Origin: Trichinella spiralis
Lineage: Eukaryota
DNA length: 64,000 bases
Assembly (NCBI RefSeq): GCF_000181795.1
Contig: NW_003526943.1
Span: 7,399,566 to 7,463,565, forward strand
Direction: 5' to 3'
This document shows, in pieces, positions 23,645 through 46,136 of this stretch (position 1 is the stretch's first letter; every line of letters begins with the position of its first letter). The notes beneath the pieces are model-generated. The model was not told the origin of the DNA. It searched no databases and worked only from the letters and a program-made list of their open reading frames with translations. A program made the translations under genes and the position numbers.

Positions 23645-26600
23645 ATGGCTGAAAGGCCTGTTCAGATGTTTCTTAGAATTCTATCATTTTCTGAATCTGA
23701 AAAAAATAACATTGAAAGCGAGGTTGGTTATTTTTAATCTATTTTTCTTTTAAATTATGAAAACTTGGATAAGTTACTTTTGCTGATTTTAACAGTTTTC
23801 TGTTGCTTAGAAATTGCATTTTTAGATTGTTATATAATTTACTTCTTAAATAGAAGTTCAAAGTAATGCTTTTAATGTCATTGTTCAATTATTATTTTCA
23901 AGCTTAACTGCAGGGAGCACTTATATGTGTTGGCAAGCTAATTTTGTCATAAAAGTTGAATTCACAATATTTATTTATTTTTATGTTGTGTCATATTTAG
24001 AAATATTTCACACATGTTAATGAGCAGAATTTGGTATTCGGTCTTCATTTACCTGGACAGATCACATATAAATTCAGTCACATTTTTTCTTCTTCATCCA
24101 GTCAACAAGAAGTTTTTGAAAGGTCCACAAAAAGATTAATAGATGGTTTGTTCAGACGCGTGAATGGATTGCTGTTATCTCACGGCCTTACTGGCAGCGG
24201 CAAAATTTTTACTATGCTTGGTATGTATGGAAATCCACTTACTTATTTTTGATCAGTTTTGGTGATTTAGTAGCGACTTCGATTACTTTTTGTAGGAACT
24301 AAAGAGAATCCAGGAATGCTTCCACAAGCGTTGCGGGAGATTTTCATGCGAATTGGTCATTCCAGTATCGAAGAAAATTTTTGCACGCCACAGAGCTATG
24401 ATAATTTTATTTTGTCAAGTTCAGCAGAAAAACATAAAATGTTAGCTTTGAAAGCACATTTACTTGAAATATCAGCATCGGAAGTAAGCTAAACTCAGCA
24501 TTTGTTACTTATGCCTTCTTTGAATTATGTTTTAGGTATTGCAAATACCCTCAGCTGAATTCTTTTCTGATAATGAAATGTCAAAAATAAGTGAGTTCTC
24601 TGCTAAATTATTTTAATTTTAAACTACATTTAGTGTACTTTTTCTCTTAATTGAAATATTTTAAATATTATTTGTTTTGCACATATTTCATGTAAACTTA
24701 TTATTATTTTTGTATAATAAAAATGTTATTTTGTTTGGAGATTGTGGAATGCAGATTGCGCTGTAAAATTTATTGTATTGTGAGTTACAGTAATTAATGT
24801 TTTGCAAGTACAAATTAATGACAATTATGTAGGGAAAAATGTAACTGCAATGATGATTTTGTATTTTTGGGCGTTGATTTATAAAAAATAGAAAGTGACG
24901 TTTGAATTAGTTTCTTTTAAACTATTTTGATTTTTAGTGCATTTTATTTTTATTCTCCATTGTAGAGTTATTATTTGAAAGAATTTGTATTTTTTTAAAC
25001 CAAAAGACATGTTATTGCAGACAGATTTTAATTTTTATAATTCCTATATTATGCTTTATTTTTTTCTTTTTTTAATTTTTAGATGGTAGTTGTGATTTTG
25101 TGGATTCTGGTGGAACAGAAGCATATCAAGTCTACATTTCAATGTTAGAGCATCATCATGATAAATTTTTTGACTTATTTGACATTTCAAATCTTCTTGA
25201 TCGTTCTGTTTTAAAAACAGTAGAAGATTCAAGTCGAAATGTGTATATTAAAGGTCCGACGATTGTTTCATCAACGCTTAAAATAATTGATATTGATTTA
25301 GATATTGTTTTAGGTGCTTCAGAAATTCAAATCAGCAATGCACAGGAAGGAATGAAATTATTTTGCGCTGGGAAACGTAACATGCGTTATGCTGGTTTGA
25401 AAATGAATTACGACTACAAGCAAAGGTATTTAATTCAAGCATATGTGTTTTTTATTTAAGAACGATTTTTTAGTCATTGCTTGTATGTTGTACGTTTGGT
25501 TTATAAGACAACATCTAATGATTCCAATTTTGGCATGAGAAGCAACAGGTGAGTCAGTCTGCTATTCAGTTAACATGTCATTATATCGTAAATTTGTAGG
25601 CCTATACTGTGATCAGTGTATGTAAGATTTCGATTCAAAATTTCCCCTTTTTTTAAGGATTTTTGCGCAACATTTTATATGTAGTATTTTAATTTTAGTT
25701 AAAGAAGTTCAGCAGTAGCTTCAACTTCTTATTATTACTTTTTTACCTTTATTTTTGGAGATTGGAATTGTTATCTTGTTTAGCTAATAATGTAATGTGA
25801 TTTCATTTCAGATTGGTGTTTTGTGACTTGGCTGAAGAAGAACTATCACGGAATAGTAATTCTCAACCATCGAAAGATGAATTGCTTTCTAATTTAACTT
25901 TTCTTGCGCTGTCTCGTTGTATGGGCGTGATACGATATAACCAAACTCACAGGTGATTTGAATTAATTATTAATATTATTTATCAACACGAAGTGTTTTT
26001 GCGTGGTTGATAAATTTGTTTTGCTGCAGTAAACAGAGGATGGTGCCATATCGTGCTTCAAAACTGACTCGTGCACTGCAAACATTTTTTACCAATCAAG
26101 AGAACGTGTCGTTTATTATTAACGTGAATCCAAGTAATTTTACAGTTGAAGGAATGTTGGCATCTCTTCGATTTACGGCCGCTTTAAAAAAGGTATGTCA
26201 TATTTTATTGGTAAAAATTTTCAATATTAGCAAATGAAATTGCATGTGCAAATAAATTGCAGTCCATCAAGCATCAGAACAAAAGTACAGCGTGTTCTAA
26301 ACTACAGCTTGGGAAGCGGCATTTGCTTGGTTTGCAAGGAAGCAAAGAAGTGAGCATATCTAGATAGCGAATCTCAAAAGCGCATGCGTGCATTGGTTAC
26401 TGCTTCTATAATTTTTTTCTTTTTATCGGAAAAACATATACGGGGCGCATTTTTTGCTTTGAAAATTCCTATTGCTTTGCTTAGATTGCACGAAACTTAC
26501 CTTTGCTTTTCTTATTTAAGCTGTTGAGTTTTCCGAAAATGGGTACTTTTTCACTTTTTTTTCGTAGGAGTTTTGTTTTGGGCAAATTCTTATATTTCAA

Positions 26601-29057
26601 AATCTAATCGTCATTGATATCGGCAATGCATTAACAAATGGATATTTTATGGTTTCAGGAAAATTCACCTGATCTCAAATCAAAGAAATTTACTCTCGAT
26701 ACAGAGACAAAAAAGACGGTAAGATATGTGATTGCATTGAATGAACGCAGTTCTTTTGTTGTGAGAAACGTTATCTCAATTAATGGTAACATTAATTATT
26801 AAATGATGATTTTATTTAGCGTCATTATTCTACTAGATATTGTAAAAAAGTAGAGTGGTTGTTTTTTAATTTTCTGTATTTGTTAACTTGTTTAGGTAGA
26901 AAAACTTTCTGACAGATTTTTTGAAAAGATTTATGCTGATGTATTATTGGATGAAGCAACAAATTATGATGGTATTAATGCTGAAGTTGATCTGCTGAAT
27001 GAAGAATGCTCTCGCACAATAAACAGCACTGTTGACGAGGTAAGCTTTGAACTTAAAATAAAAAAAAGATTTTATTACACAAATTAGGGCAAAGTAGTTT
27101 TTTATTTGCAGTTATTATTGTTTGTTATTATGGCTACTTCTTGCTTTGTTTTGCAAAATATTCATTAAAGCGGAAGATTTCTTGCAGCGTATATCGAAGC
27201 ATGATGTACCTGCATTATATTTAAATATTTCTTTTAAAATTTTGTTTTCTAAGCGCTTTTTTATCGGTATGAAACTTTGGAATTTCGGCTACTGAGATGT
27301 CAAAATAATGTTCGAAAAACTTCGATTTAACGACATTATGTTTATTACAAAAACGTAATAAACCGTTAGTTGTTTTCTTTAAACAACCGCAATGATGACG
27401 TCGGGCTGAATTGGGTGAAAGATTGTTTTAAAAATATTGAAAATTAGTACAGAGTGTGTATTATTGATGAAAGCATGTATGATTGATTGCAATGAAAAGT
27501 TATTGATAGTGAATTTTTGACTAATTCGAGGAATATTTGAAAGAAACTGTAAAAGCATACAGCGATTTATGCACCCCAATTGAAGCTGAGAAGCTGTTAT
27601 TATTATTTGATCTTATTTAGCTTAAAATTGCTAATGATTGTTTTGAATTTTTAGAAAAAAGAAGCAACTATTGCTAAGAATGTACTACCGAGTTTTCCAC
27701 CTGAGGTGTGAATGTTTTTCCTTAAATATTTGCGTATTTTATTTCCAGATGATATAAATAAGTATTTTAGACGATCCAAAATATTCTGAACGAGATAGCG
27801 GCTGTTCACAGCATGTTGAAAAATTTAGCATTTGATGTGAAAAAAGAAGAATTGGCTGTACGTTATTATTGTTGTATTTTAAAATAGCTATTTCGTTTCA
27901 TTTTGCATTTTTATCAAGTGGAAAGAAGAGTTCAACTTGTTAAGAGCCAAAGCTTATGAGTCGACAAAATTGTGTAGCATATTTAAGCAAGATGTTCAGC
28001 AGTGCAAGCGGAAAATAGTTCATCTGGAAATGGCGTTATCTATGAAAGTAATTGTCATTTATTTATGTGTTAAATTTTTTGTATGTTCAGGATGAAAGTT
28101 TTTCCAATTGCTGAATTTTAGGAAGCAGAATGTGCTCGCCTTCAGCAGCAGATATTAAAGGAGCGTCTCAGTCGATTAAATAACACGCCAAGACAGCCTC
28201 GTGGAAAACATCGAAAAGTAATTTTTGTCTTTCTTCCACGTATAATTTCATAAGTAGCATGATTTGATTAGTATTGCATGATCTGATTTTCATTTTTGCC
28301 GTATTTTTTGCAGAGTGATGTGAAACTTAATGCTAATGCCGATGTTGTGACTAGAGAATTTTTGGAGATGAGTAAGTTTTGGAAAAAAAAAATTTTTTTT
28401 TTCATAATATGGCATTGATTGATTTTTTGTAGTTAAAAAACATAAACCTACGGGTGACAGAAGTGCGGAAGTAAGGGGAAAAGGAAAACGAAACAAAAAT
28501 AGTAAGTAACAGTGCAGAATTTGCTCATTATTATTTATGATTTCGTAATTGTTATTAATAAGAAACGCTATTTTTACGAATTTATTACGTATAGGTGTAG
28601 CAGCGTTTTGTACCGTGTGTGCAGTTTTTGATATTTTTTTAGATCTTTTGAATGTGGATAACAAAATGAACGATGTGCCTAAATTGAGAAGATCAAGCAG
28701 AATTGGTATTTTGTTTTGGTTTTATTGTCAGTTTTGAAAAATTGATATATTTGTTTCAACTTTAGCGGCGCTCAATAGGACAAAATCGCCTGTGTTCCAA
28801 ACCCCAGAATGTTCAAAATTACCCGAAAAGAATAATTTATCTTCAGGAACATCGTTCAGAACTGCTCCACCAAGAAAGCTACTGAAACAGCATGAACTGC
28901 GCATGACTTACCTCACTACTCCAGTATTTTTTGCTTTGCACTTTATTATTGATAATTGAATTGAGGGCGTTGTTTGTTATAGGAAACAGACCATAATTCT
29001 GATTCAGATGAAGAAGATGCCGTCTCTAAAGTGATGAGCCGAGTCATGGAATCATGA
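23645..29057 (+). CDS. Kinesin-6-like (KIF20/KIF23/ZEN-4-related) protein with degenerate nucleotide-binding motifs, multi-exon
   Basis: PVQMFLRI, YKFSHIF..SQQEVF, NGLLLSHGLTGSGKIFTMLGTKENPGMLP, a long loop-6 insertion typical of kinesin-6, LSRCMGVIRYNQ, MVPYRASKLTRALQTFF, IINVNP..LRF, then coiled-coil-like and S/T-P-rich tail exons ending SRVMES*. Confidence 0.82.
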
Positions 29058-30834
29058 TGTTCTTATTATTTGTTTAAAGCATTGAATTTTTATTTCTAAA
29101 TTCTGGAAATGTAATATATATGTTTCGTTATTTTTATTCTACTAGAGTGAGCACGTATCGCATGGTAGGAAACAGTTATCATTATTTGTCGCAATTCAAT
29201 TGTCAATCTTTTATCGTAAATATTACACATTATTTCAAGTGATATTTTATTGTCGTTTTGTAAAATTGAAAAATCAGTTCTGAAATACAAATCATTCTTG
29301 AGAAATTTCATGAGCTTTTTTGCTCTATTTCTTTGCTTTGTATATGCATGTATCTTTAAATTTGTAATAAAATTTTTATTTATGCAAGATTGTTTTGTTG
29401 TTGAAATAATCATCAATTACAACAGAGAAAAAATATCCTTTCTAAGGTTATGTAAATTTCAAAACTGAAAAAAAATTCTTTTTGTACAATGATTCAAAAA
29501 CTACATAATGTAACTTTGTCACATCATATTATTGAGCTATGCGTGTATCGTGCTTGTATCCAATGAGGATGCGAGTTATTTAAAGCAAATATTAATCACA
29601 CGAAATTGTTGATATTGATGTTAGTGAACGTTTCATTATTAAATTATTACTATAAATAGTTTATATTTTATTTTTGAAAACTTTTATTGCTCATGCTTTT
29701 AAATTATATTTCATTTTAGTTTATTTCATCTTATCATATTCAGAGGAAACTATTCATTTTTGCCAGCTTCGATCGCATTGAACATTTATATTGAAATTAA
29801 CTTTCACTTTATTATTTTTCTTTTTGAAATTCTTGAAAAAAAATTTGGCAGAATCACAAGAAGCGCAACGCGATTTGAAATGGATTGAAAAATAACTGAC
29901 ATGCAGATTGATACTTGCAACTTCTGCAGAGAAGTAAAATGCAGCTGCGTTAAAGTATATATTCTTTTCTCTTCATTTGAAACTAACAATAATAACTTGG
30001 ATAAATTTTATAAATAAATGATAACAATTTTTCAATATTAAAAATTCGATCGCAAATAGTCGATCATCAGATCAAGAGAATTTTACAACTGTGTCAAATG
30101 AAGCGATTGTACACCTTTGCAGTATCGGTAAAAAGAAATTTTGCATGAATTTCTTTTTCATTTCTTGCAAAAAATAAAATCCATTGTATATAAAATAGCA
30201 ATTTCTCATGTACAATGAAAAGGTGTATATTTGAAAAGAAGAAAAAAATTGCTGCTGCGAGCTCGATGCTTGGTGCCGGTGTTGCCAATGATGCTATTTC
30301 CAGTGTCAGTTCAACCTCACAGACGTCTCGTCTCGTCCATTTTCTTTTCATCGTTGTTGAAATTTAAAATTTTTTAAAGACATCATGCGTGCTATAAAAA
30401 AAAACAAGTAACGTCTACATGTGCTTTGTCATACGTGGGCGATAATTTTCTGCTTTTTCACAGAGCAATTTCAACAGCTGAACAGGAGGAATGAATTTGA
30501 ATTTTTTGTTTCTCAGAAAGACCATCAACAAGTGGGCAGTTGACGGTGCTCTTTTGCCGTCCCGAAACCACTGCTTAAGGTTAATTTTGAATTTGTAATA
30601 GAGAAAACTGTCAATTGTCAATTTAAGCCTTTTTGACAAGACCCACTCCGAACTGACCAATCGCAGTGAATCTGGAAACAAACAACGCTCTCAACTGTGA
30701 ACACCAATCCGACCCTTCCCCTTTCAAAGAGGCAACTGTGCCTGACTGAGTCCAGTGGGAAAAAGTCTACAACAATTACAAGATTATTCATTTTGTCATT
30801 GTGTTTGAAGAGAAAAAGCGAATTTTTGGAAAAA

Positions 30835-39251
<8,417 letters not shown>

Positions 39252-40957
39252 TGTTGACTATATGCAGTAAATTTCTTCCGGATACATTTTACCTGTTGCA
39301 AATTAATAAGTAAAAAATATTGAAATCAACTTTTTGTGTTTGTCGTACAGTTAGGTCGTATAAATATGAATTCATAAATAATAAAAGGAATTGTGATATT
39401 TGCATTCGATGGTTTGTAAAACCGTTTTAGTTCATTATTATTTGCAATTAGTTTGAAGAATATATTGACAAACTGCTGCGTAGTTGCTATGGTGTAAAAA
39501 TTATAAAGCATCCAAACAATCTTATGCGATCGTTGGTTATGTAATTCATCTTGGAAAAATTTGTGAATTTATTTCATTGCACATCATATGAAGTGCTAAA
39601 CGTTTCAAATAAAATTTCAAATTCGAGTACATTTCACTTTTAAATTCTCACACTGCATCAGTGTAAGTTTTAAAAAATATTTAAATTTCAATTTAAAGCT
39701 GTAGCAAACACCTTTTTGTCGTAAAATTTGAACAAAACTATATTGTTGGTTGATCAGTGGAATAAGCTTGCTGTTGAAATTGTTTAGCTGTTCATCCTAC
39801 TCTACTGACAAATTCTGAATTCTGCAAAGCGTTGCATTTTCCATGAAAAAAAGAATTATGGATAGTTAAATTGCAAGTCCAAAAAATAACAACACATTAT
39901 AAAGATATTTAAAGAAAAAACAGAACATCATCGAAAAATTACGTAAGGTGCCTTGGTGTAGAGTTGCACGAAGAACAATTTAAAAGAAGAAAAAAAAACT
40001 GAGCGGCATTATAAAGTCAAATGAATTGATAAATAATGAAATAAATGTTGAATTATTTCCACTTAATTTGTGACAATATCGCCATCATCGTTCAAGTTTT
40101 CAAATATAATTGCACTGCTAGTTGGCGGCTACGTTGATGTCCCAGAAGCTACAAATATTATACCAACCTATCAGTATTTTTTGAAATAGTAACAACAGAA
40201 ATTAGCAAATGCTATAAAATAAAGAATATGCAATATAAATTATTTCTTTTTTTTAAGAAATTGTTGTTCGAAAAAAGTGTTTTATAAAAAAGACGAATTT
40301 CGTAAAAATAACAACAAGTATATGTATTTTAAAAGCATTCAGTAGTTATTCATTTGAAATACGTACACTTCTGCTATATAGAAATGAAGTGAAAATTTGG
40401 TTTTCAGCAGAACTTAATCTTAAGTGAGTATATGCTGAGTAAATTGTGCATGAAAATATAATAAGTGTATTTTTTCTCAGTTGCTAAAATAATTTCAAAG
40501 ATTTCGTAAGTAAGTGTTTCACTACTTTTACATGAATTATAACTTTTTAAATTTTCTCAAGAAGCGAATTTAAATTTCATCTCAGTTCAACCAAGTGAAA
40601 AATTTTCCAAACAGAAATAACTCCCATTATCTTCAAGAATAAATAAATGCATTAGTAAAAATAATGCTTCAAATTGCGAAGTAGACATTAGGGACGTTTT
40701 TTGTTGACTAAAAAAACAGCACCAACGTTGCAACAGATGAGCTTCCATATTACTGCTACATGTGTTCAACAGCTTTGGATGCAGTTTTATCGCGAGTGTT
40801 CGCCGTTGAACGGACAGCTAAACGGACACTGTGATCGTTTCCATTCTAGCCGAACGTTTCGACGTCCACATTTTAAACTTGCAAATCAATTACTGTACTA
40901 ATACAATAAGCGCGTCAGGGTCGCTGCAGTCGAATTGTGGTAGTGGTTGTTGAGGCG

Positions 40958-41739
40958 ATGAAGTTGTTCTGCGTGCCGAAAACGTGGAACCGTCGTGTTC
41001 TAGGTAAGCCGTCGGCTTTTGCCAAACGTGCCGGTGGATTTGTTTGAATTTGCAATTTTTTCTTGCAGAAAAGACGAAACATTGGTTCGGATCGAGCTGC
41101 AGCACGAACCGCCTTTCGCCGGTCAGACGCAGTGGTTCTTTCACGTCGCTCAGCTCCAACAAAGCCTACGTGCGCGTCAATGGCAAACGGTCAGTCAGAT
41201 TGGTTGCCATAGAATCGTACAAGCCGGTAGAAAGCGACGAGCTAGCGGTTGCGGCAGGTGATCTGTTGTACGGAGTGTATTGTTACAACAACGACTGGCT
41301 GTACGTGGTGAATGAACAAGGCGACGAAGGATTCGTGCCCAGTCGGGTTTGTGAATTTGCATACCGCCGATCGGTGGTCAGAAATGACGCCAATGGAACT
41401 GCCGCCACGATGGAAGTGAACCAGCCCCGAGTCAGCAAAAGTCGAACCGCCTCGCCCGCCGGGCTTGAAAATGTGAACCGATTTTTGAAAACTCTCTCCA
41501 TATGCAGCGAATTGGATTCATTCACCAGACCCCAATCGGAATCACCCCATTCAAGCGGCTGGAACGAGCCGACAAGCTCAGTATGCTCAATTGGTGCTTC
41601 ATCTGATGACTCATTTCGCAATCTTGGTCAACTGCTGCCTGTGGCTGCGGGCAGCGGTGACAAGCGAAAGCTGTTTCTCCAAGCCTACAATACTGTCTGG
41701 AACGACGCCAACTTGGCCCTGTGCCAGACGAACTGTTAA
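40958..41739 (+). CDS. SH3-domain protein resembling the N-terminal part of Dlish/Vamana; 2 exons (40958-41003, 41069-41739)
   Basis: MKLFCVPKTWNRRVL|EKTK.. with an in-phase GT-AG intron. SH3 domain LVAIESYKPVESDELAVAAGDLLYGVYCYNNDWLYVVNEQGDEGFVPSRVC, followed by a Ser-rich tail. Confidence 0.8.
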
Positions 41740-44238
41740 TTCTGGCGGTCGGTCATGTTTTGCTTTCAACGCAACAAGAACAACTGTAAACGCATTTTAA
41801 TTCTTCTGCAGAAACATTTAATGCCTATTAGTCTGATTGTAAACTTTCATCGCAAATAAAAACTGTTTGCCCCTTCTTTTCAGCTTCTGCTGCTGTTGGA
41901 TTTGTCGGTCGGCTTATTTGAACAGCTCAATTCGACGGCTATTGTCCGGTGATAAATGACCGTACCGGAGGTCCAGCTCAACTGGCCTCATTCCCACGCC
42001 CCCTCGGTTGGACAAGCAACGCTGGCCAGCAATTTTTTCTCATTTGATCGTCAGTATTTTTTCCTTCTATCCCCTATCTACTTCTACTGGTTAAACTAGT
42101 TTTGCATTATTATTCAGTAGACTTCTTATATGTATGTGTATAATTTTTATTATAGAGCTAACTAGCTGTACAGATATGTATATAGATTAACAATTTTGCT
42201 GGCCAAATCAGAAATTTAAATTTCAGTGCAATTCAATAATAATAATATTATTATTAAATGAACATTTTGTTGCGTTGAACATGCTGCTGAAAATGATGAA
42301 TCATTCATGATTTTATGACAATCATTCTTACGCTTTTTTAAATGAAATATTCTTATTGCATTGCAAACAACCGCTTGAAAAGCATTTTCTTTTTTGCTAA
42401 CTAGGGCTCTTCATTTGAAGCCCAACCTTACATTCTGTAATAGAAATCAGGTTTCTATGCATAGAATTCATGTTGCTTAGTAAAAAATTGGCAATTTTTA
42501 TTCTCTAAATAAAATTTAATCATATCTTGAATTGAATATGATAATTATTTTTATTGTTCACTATAACTATTCTTCACTGAAACAAATTTGAAAATATTTT
42601 TTTAATTTTAATGAATTGCAAAATGAAAAACTGCAAAGTTAGCACAATTATACGAAAAGAACAATATTGAATTTTCACCCTCATAATTATTGTGCATTTT
42701 AAAAATAATACAACTGGATCATTCATTATTGATTATAATATTATAAAAATTCAAATTTTAATAAACAGAAATTTGGTGACTGGAAGCTGAATTTCAAAGG
42801 AGAAAAATTACAAAAATTGTTTCAAATGACAAACCTAATGTCAATTTCAAAAGTTTCCAAATCGAACAATAATTAAATAATTCCGCCTTGGATTGTATCT
42901 ATTGTCAATTGTGGTCTATTATTTGTTGTATGTTGAAAATATTAAAAGATTAAATTTGAAGATGAAAATAATAAAAATGTTGAGCAAGTAAAAAATTCAT
43001 TGTTGAACAATAATAAAACAAACATACGACATGAAATTTACGCTGGAATACTCATATTTCCTGAATGTAGTGCAGTGAATGAATATATAATACCATTTGA
43101 ATAATTTTCACAATTGCAAGCTGAACTACATATTCCATTTTCATTCACATTTCCGGCAACAACAATTACACGCACCTCTTCAACGTTCAAAATAACGCCA
43201 CCATGCCCGGCAATTACTATTGTCAGCGAAAACTATGGAACACATTCTTCGGTATCAATTGAATGATAAATTGAGTTCACATGAGGCCAAATAACAAAAA
43301 GTTCCACATTTGCGCAACATAAACGATAAATTTCCAAATAAAATTATTAAATCAACTGTTATTAATAATGATAAATTGCATACAGCATGAAGTTTTAAAC
43401 AAGCTGAAAGTTCAAAAGACAACAACTTCCACCGTGCTATGTACAAAATTAACGCTGCTACTAAAATACAAGTTAAAATATGACAATTTTTTTCGATCCA
43501 AATTTTCATGATTAATACTGTAATTTAAATTTTCAGTTATCTTTCAAAGCTGATAATTGAGTAACTCATTTTTAATTAAAAAAATTTGTCAAACATTTTA
43601 AAATACATTCAAATTTTATTATATTATCATAAGCTATGCATTTATATTTTCAGTGGAACTTGTCCGTCAATAAATTATGAAACAGTTTTCCAAAAAAATT
43701 TCCAAAAATTACATTCATTTATTCAGTTATTCTTACACATATTTATAACACCAAATATTTTGAACAATACATAAAAGCATGCAAAATAACTCAAGAAACA
43801 CTTTTTTATCAAAAATTATTTTCATATCAATATTTAATATCTTAAAACTACATTTTATTACTGTATTTTCAGTTTTAGTTTTCTATTCGGCAGACCATTT
43901 GGAATGGGGCTGAAATAATTCAAGTTTTACAAGCATTTCTAGTAGCACAAAATTTCTCATGTACAAAACCGTCTTTCACATCTACGTCGTCATTAATTCA
44001 GTCGCTCATTATTTATTTCAGTTTTCAAAGCACACTTTTAATAGACTGCATCTTATCATTATCCATTGTCGGCTTTTCATATCATGCAAATAATCAAGTT
44101 CATTCAGTCCTTTTTTAAGTATCATTATTCATCGATACAAAATAAACGTTTTTTTCCAAAAATGATACCCCACCATTTATTAAATGAAAAATGTTTAATA
44201 AAATTAAAATTAAAAAAATATATATGTAATTGATAATG

Positions 44239-44932
44239 CTATTTAAGCATATTATCAATCTCGTGAACAGCATTTGAAATAGAATCCATTAAATTTTTGG
44301 CAAATGTTAACTGACAACTCAAAAATAAATTATCAGCTGCCAATTTTGCACTTTCAGTATTTTCATCTGCAGAAGTTCGAGAAGAACTGCTCGGAGAAAA
44401 ATAAATTGATGCATTGCAATTGCGTTCACATTCTTCTGTCATAGCCTTTAAAATGAAAAAAAAACAGACAAATTCAAGCACAACATGAAAACTAGGTGGA
44501 AATTTTTACCAAAGTCAACTCAATCTGATCACAAATTGCATTGAACGCTTCTATCGATTTAAACAGTTCTGTTCGAGAGGCGTGACTGTTTGATTTCAAA
44601 AAAATTATACATTAAACGGCCAATAACAACATCATAAGAAAGCTTTGATAATAATCATTATTAATGTTTATCAAAACACAAAAAATATACTCACGCTGAT
44701 CCTTCATCTAACTGAACTGCCATCTTAAGTAAATCACCAGCATTTTTTGTAGCTGCCTAAAACTGAAATTGAAAAAAAGGAACTAAAAACATCATAAAGC
44801 AACTAATACCGAATAAAGGTGTTTTAATTCTGTTACAAGAGCTTTTAGTTTAGGTCCTGGATTGTAGTAATAAAGCTCCTGATTTAAATTTGAACTGCTT
44901 CCACTGTCTCCATGTTCAGCTTGAGAAGACAT
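44239..44932 (-). CDS. MED29: Mediator complex subunit 29 (Intersex/MDT-29), 4 exons
   Basis: Spliced MSSQ..NPGPKLKALVTELKHLYS|AATKNAGDLLKMAVQLDEGSA|HASRTELFKSIEAFNAICDQIELTL|AMTEECERNCNAS..QLTFAKNLMDSI*. KSIEAFNAICDQIE matches the MED29 hallmark (K.LEEFY.lCDQ.E). Confidence 0.8.
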
Positions 44933-46136
44933 TGTGAATGAATAAAATTTGCAGTGAATCAAATTAAATCATAAAACATACAGTCAACAAAACTAACAGT
45001 ATACTTCAGATAATCAAGTATAATTTTTAGAACAATTTAAAAAATTTTTAAATAATTGTAATATAATGTGTAAAAGGATAGTATATTTTTGCTCAAATTA
45101 TACATTTTAACAGGACACGTTTGTATTTAAAAGATTTTGTGTTAAACGATATTGTTTCATCCGGATTAATGTGCAATCACCTAGCTGAATCAGTATAAAC
45201 AGTTCGGATTAATTTTACAAAACATGAAATGACGAACTCGATAAATTGAAGTTTATTGAAAAATGGCAGGCTCGCGTAATACATGCACAAACGAACTTAT
45301 GTTTCTAATTGTTGGCAATTTCTCATTGCACTGAATAAAATGGCTTTATCACTTCTTATGGCATAAACAGTTTTTCTCCAAAATATATTTTTTAATTTAC
45401 ACATAAAAGTGAAATAGAACTGCCTCAGCATGACTCCGCCACTTAGATTAAAAAGAATATTTTTGTGTTGCATCTTCAAATTTTGTAATCAATAATTTTG
45501 TTAAAAATAAAAATTTTAATTACAGCTTTCAGTATTTGACATTATTTATATTATCAACGTCATTTAAACTTGTGAAATACGTTCTTAAAATGCACTGTAG
45601 TAAAATAATTAAATCAGCAAACTGTCAACGCATTTAAAAATTTAAATTTTGAAGTTCATTTTTTTTAATGAATTTTAAAGTTGCTGCTTCTTTACCCCTC
45701 AAATGTTTTAAATTTAAAGCAAATTTTTAGCTGACATCAACAGGTGTTGTTCATATTCGGATAGGCTGTGCAATCTTTGATACCTATTTTTTCTCTTCTT
45801 GTATTCAGTTTTTCATTAGACTTTATTCTCAATTATCTTCATCCACAAGTGATTTGCATTTTATTAGTATTGCACTGCTGCATATTGCACGTCATTGCTG
45901 TTACATTGTTATACTGGTAAGTGTTTGTCGTCGAAGCTTCTTCAACATTTTTACATTCTGTTCTCTCTGAGAGAAATTATATGTAATGTAAATCCAGCAT
46001 TGCTTGTTTGTCTTTTACTTCATTTAAACAACCTCTTAAATATGAACATTTTATTATATTTGCAAGGTGATAACATTACTGTCCTTTCAGGTTTAACAGC
46101 TGCAGTTTTACTCTTTCTTTTTCTTGCCGTTTTGCA

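Noticed and set aside
40701..40901. Short upstream ORF before the SH3 gene
   Set aside because: It has no motif and does not splice in frame. The ATG at 40958 gives a better model.
43030..43509. Minus-strand ORF with a hydrophobic N-terminus (MKIWIEKN..) and downstream semi-open frames
   Set aside because: In-frame stops occur in every continuation and I recognise no motif. I cannot support a gene or pseudogene call.
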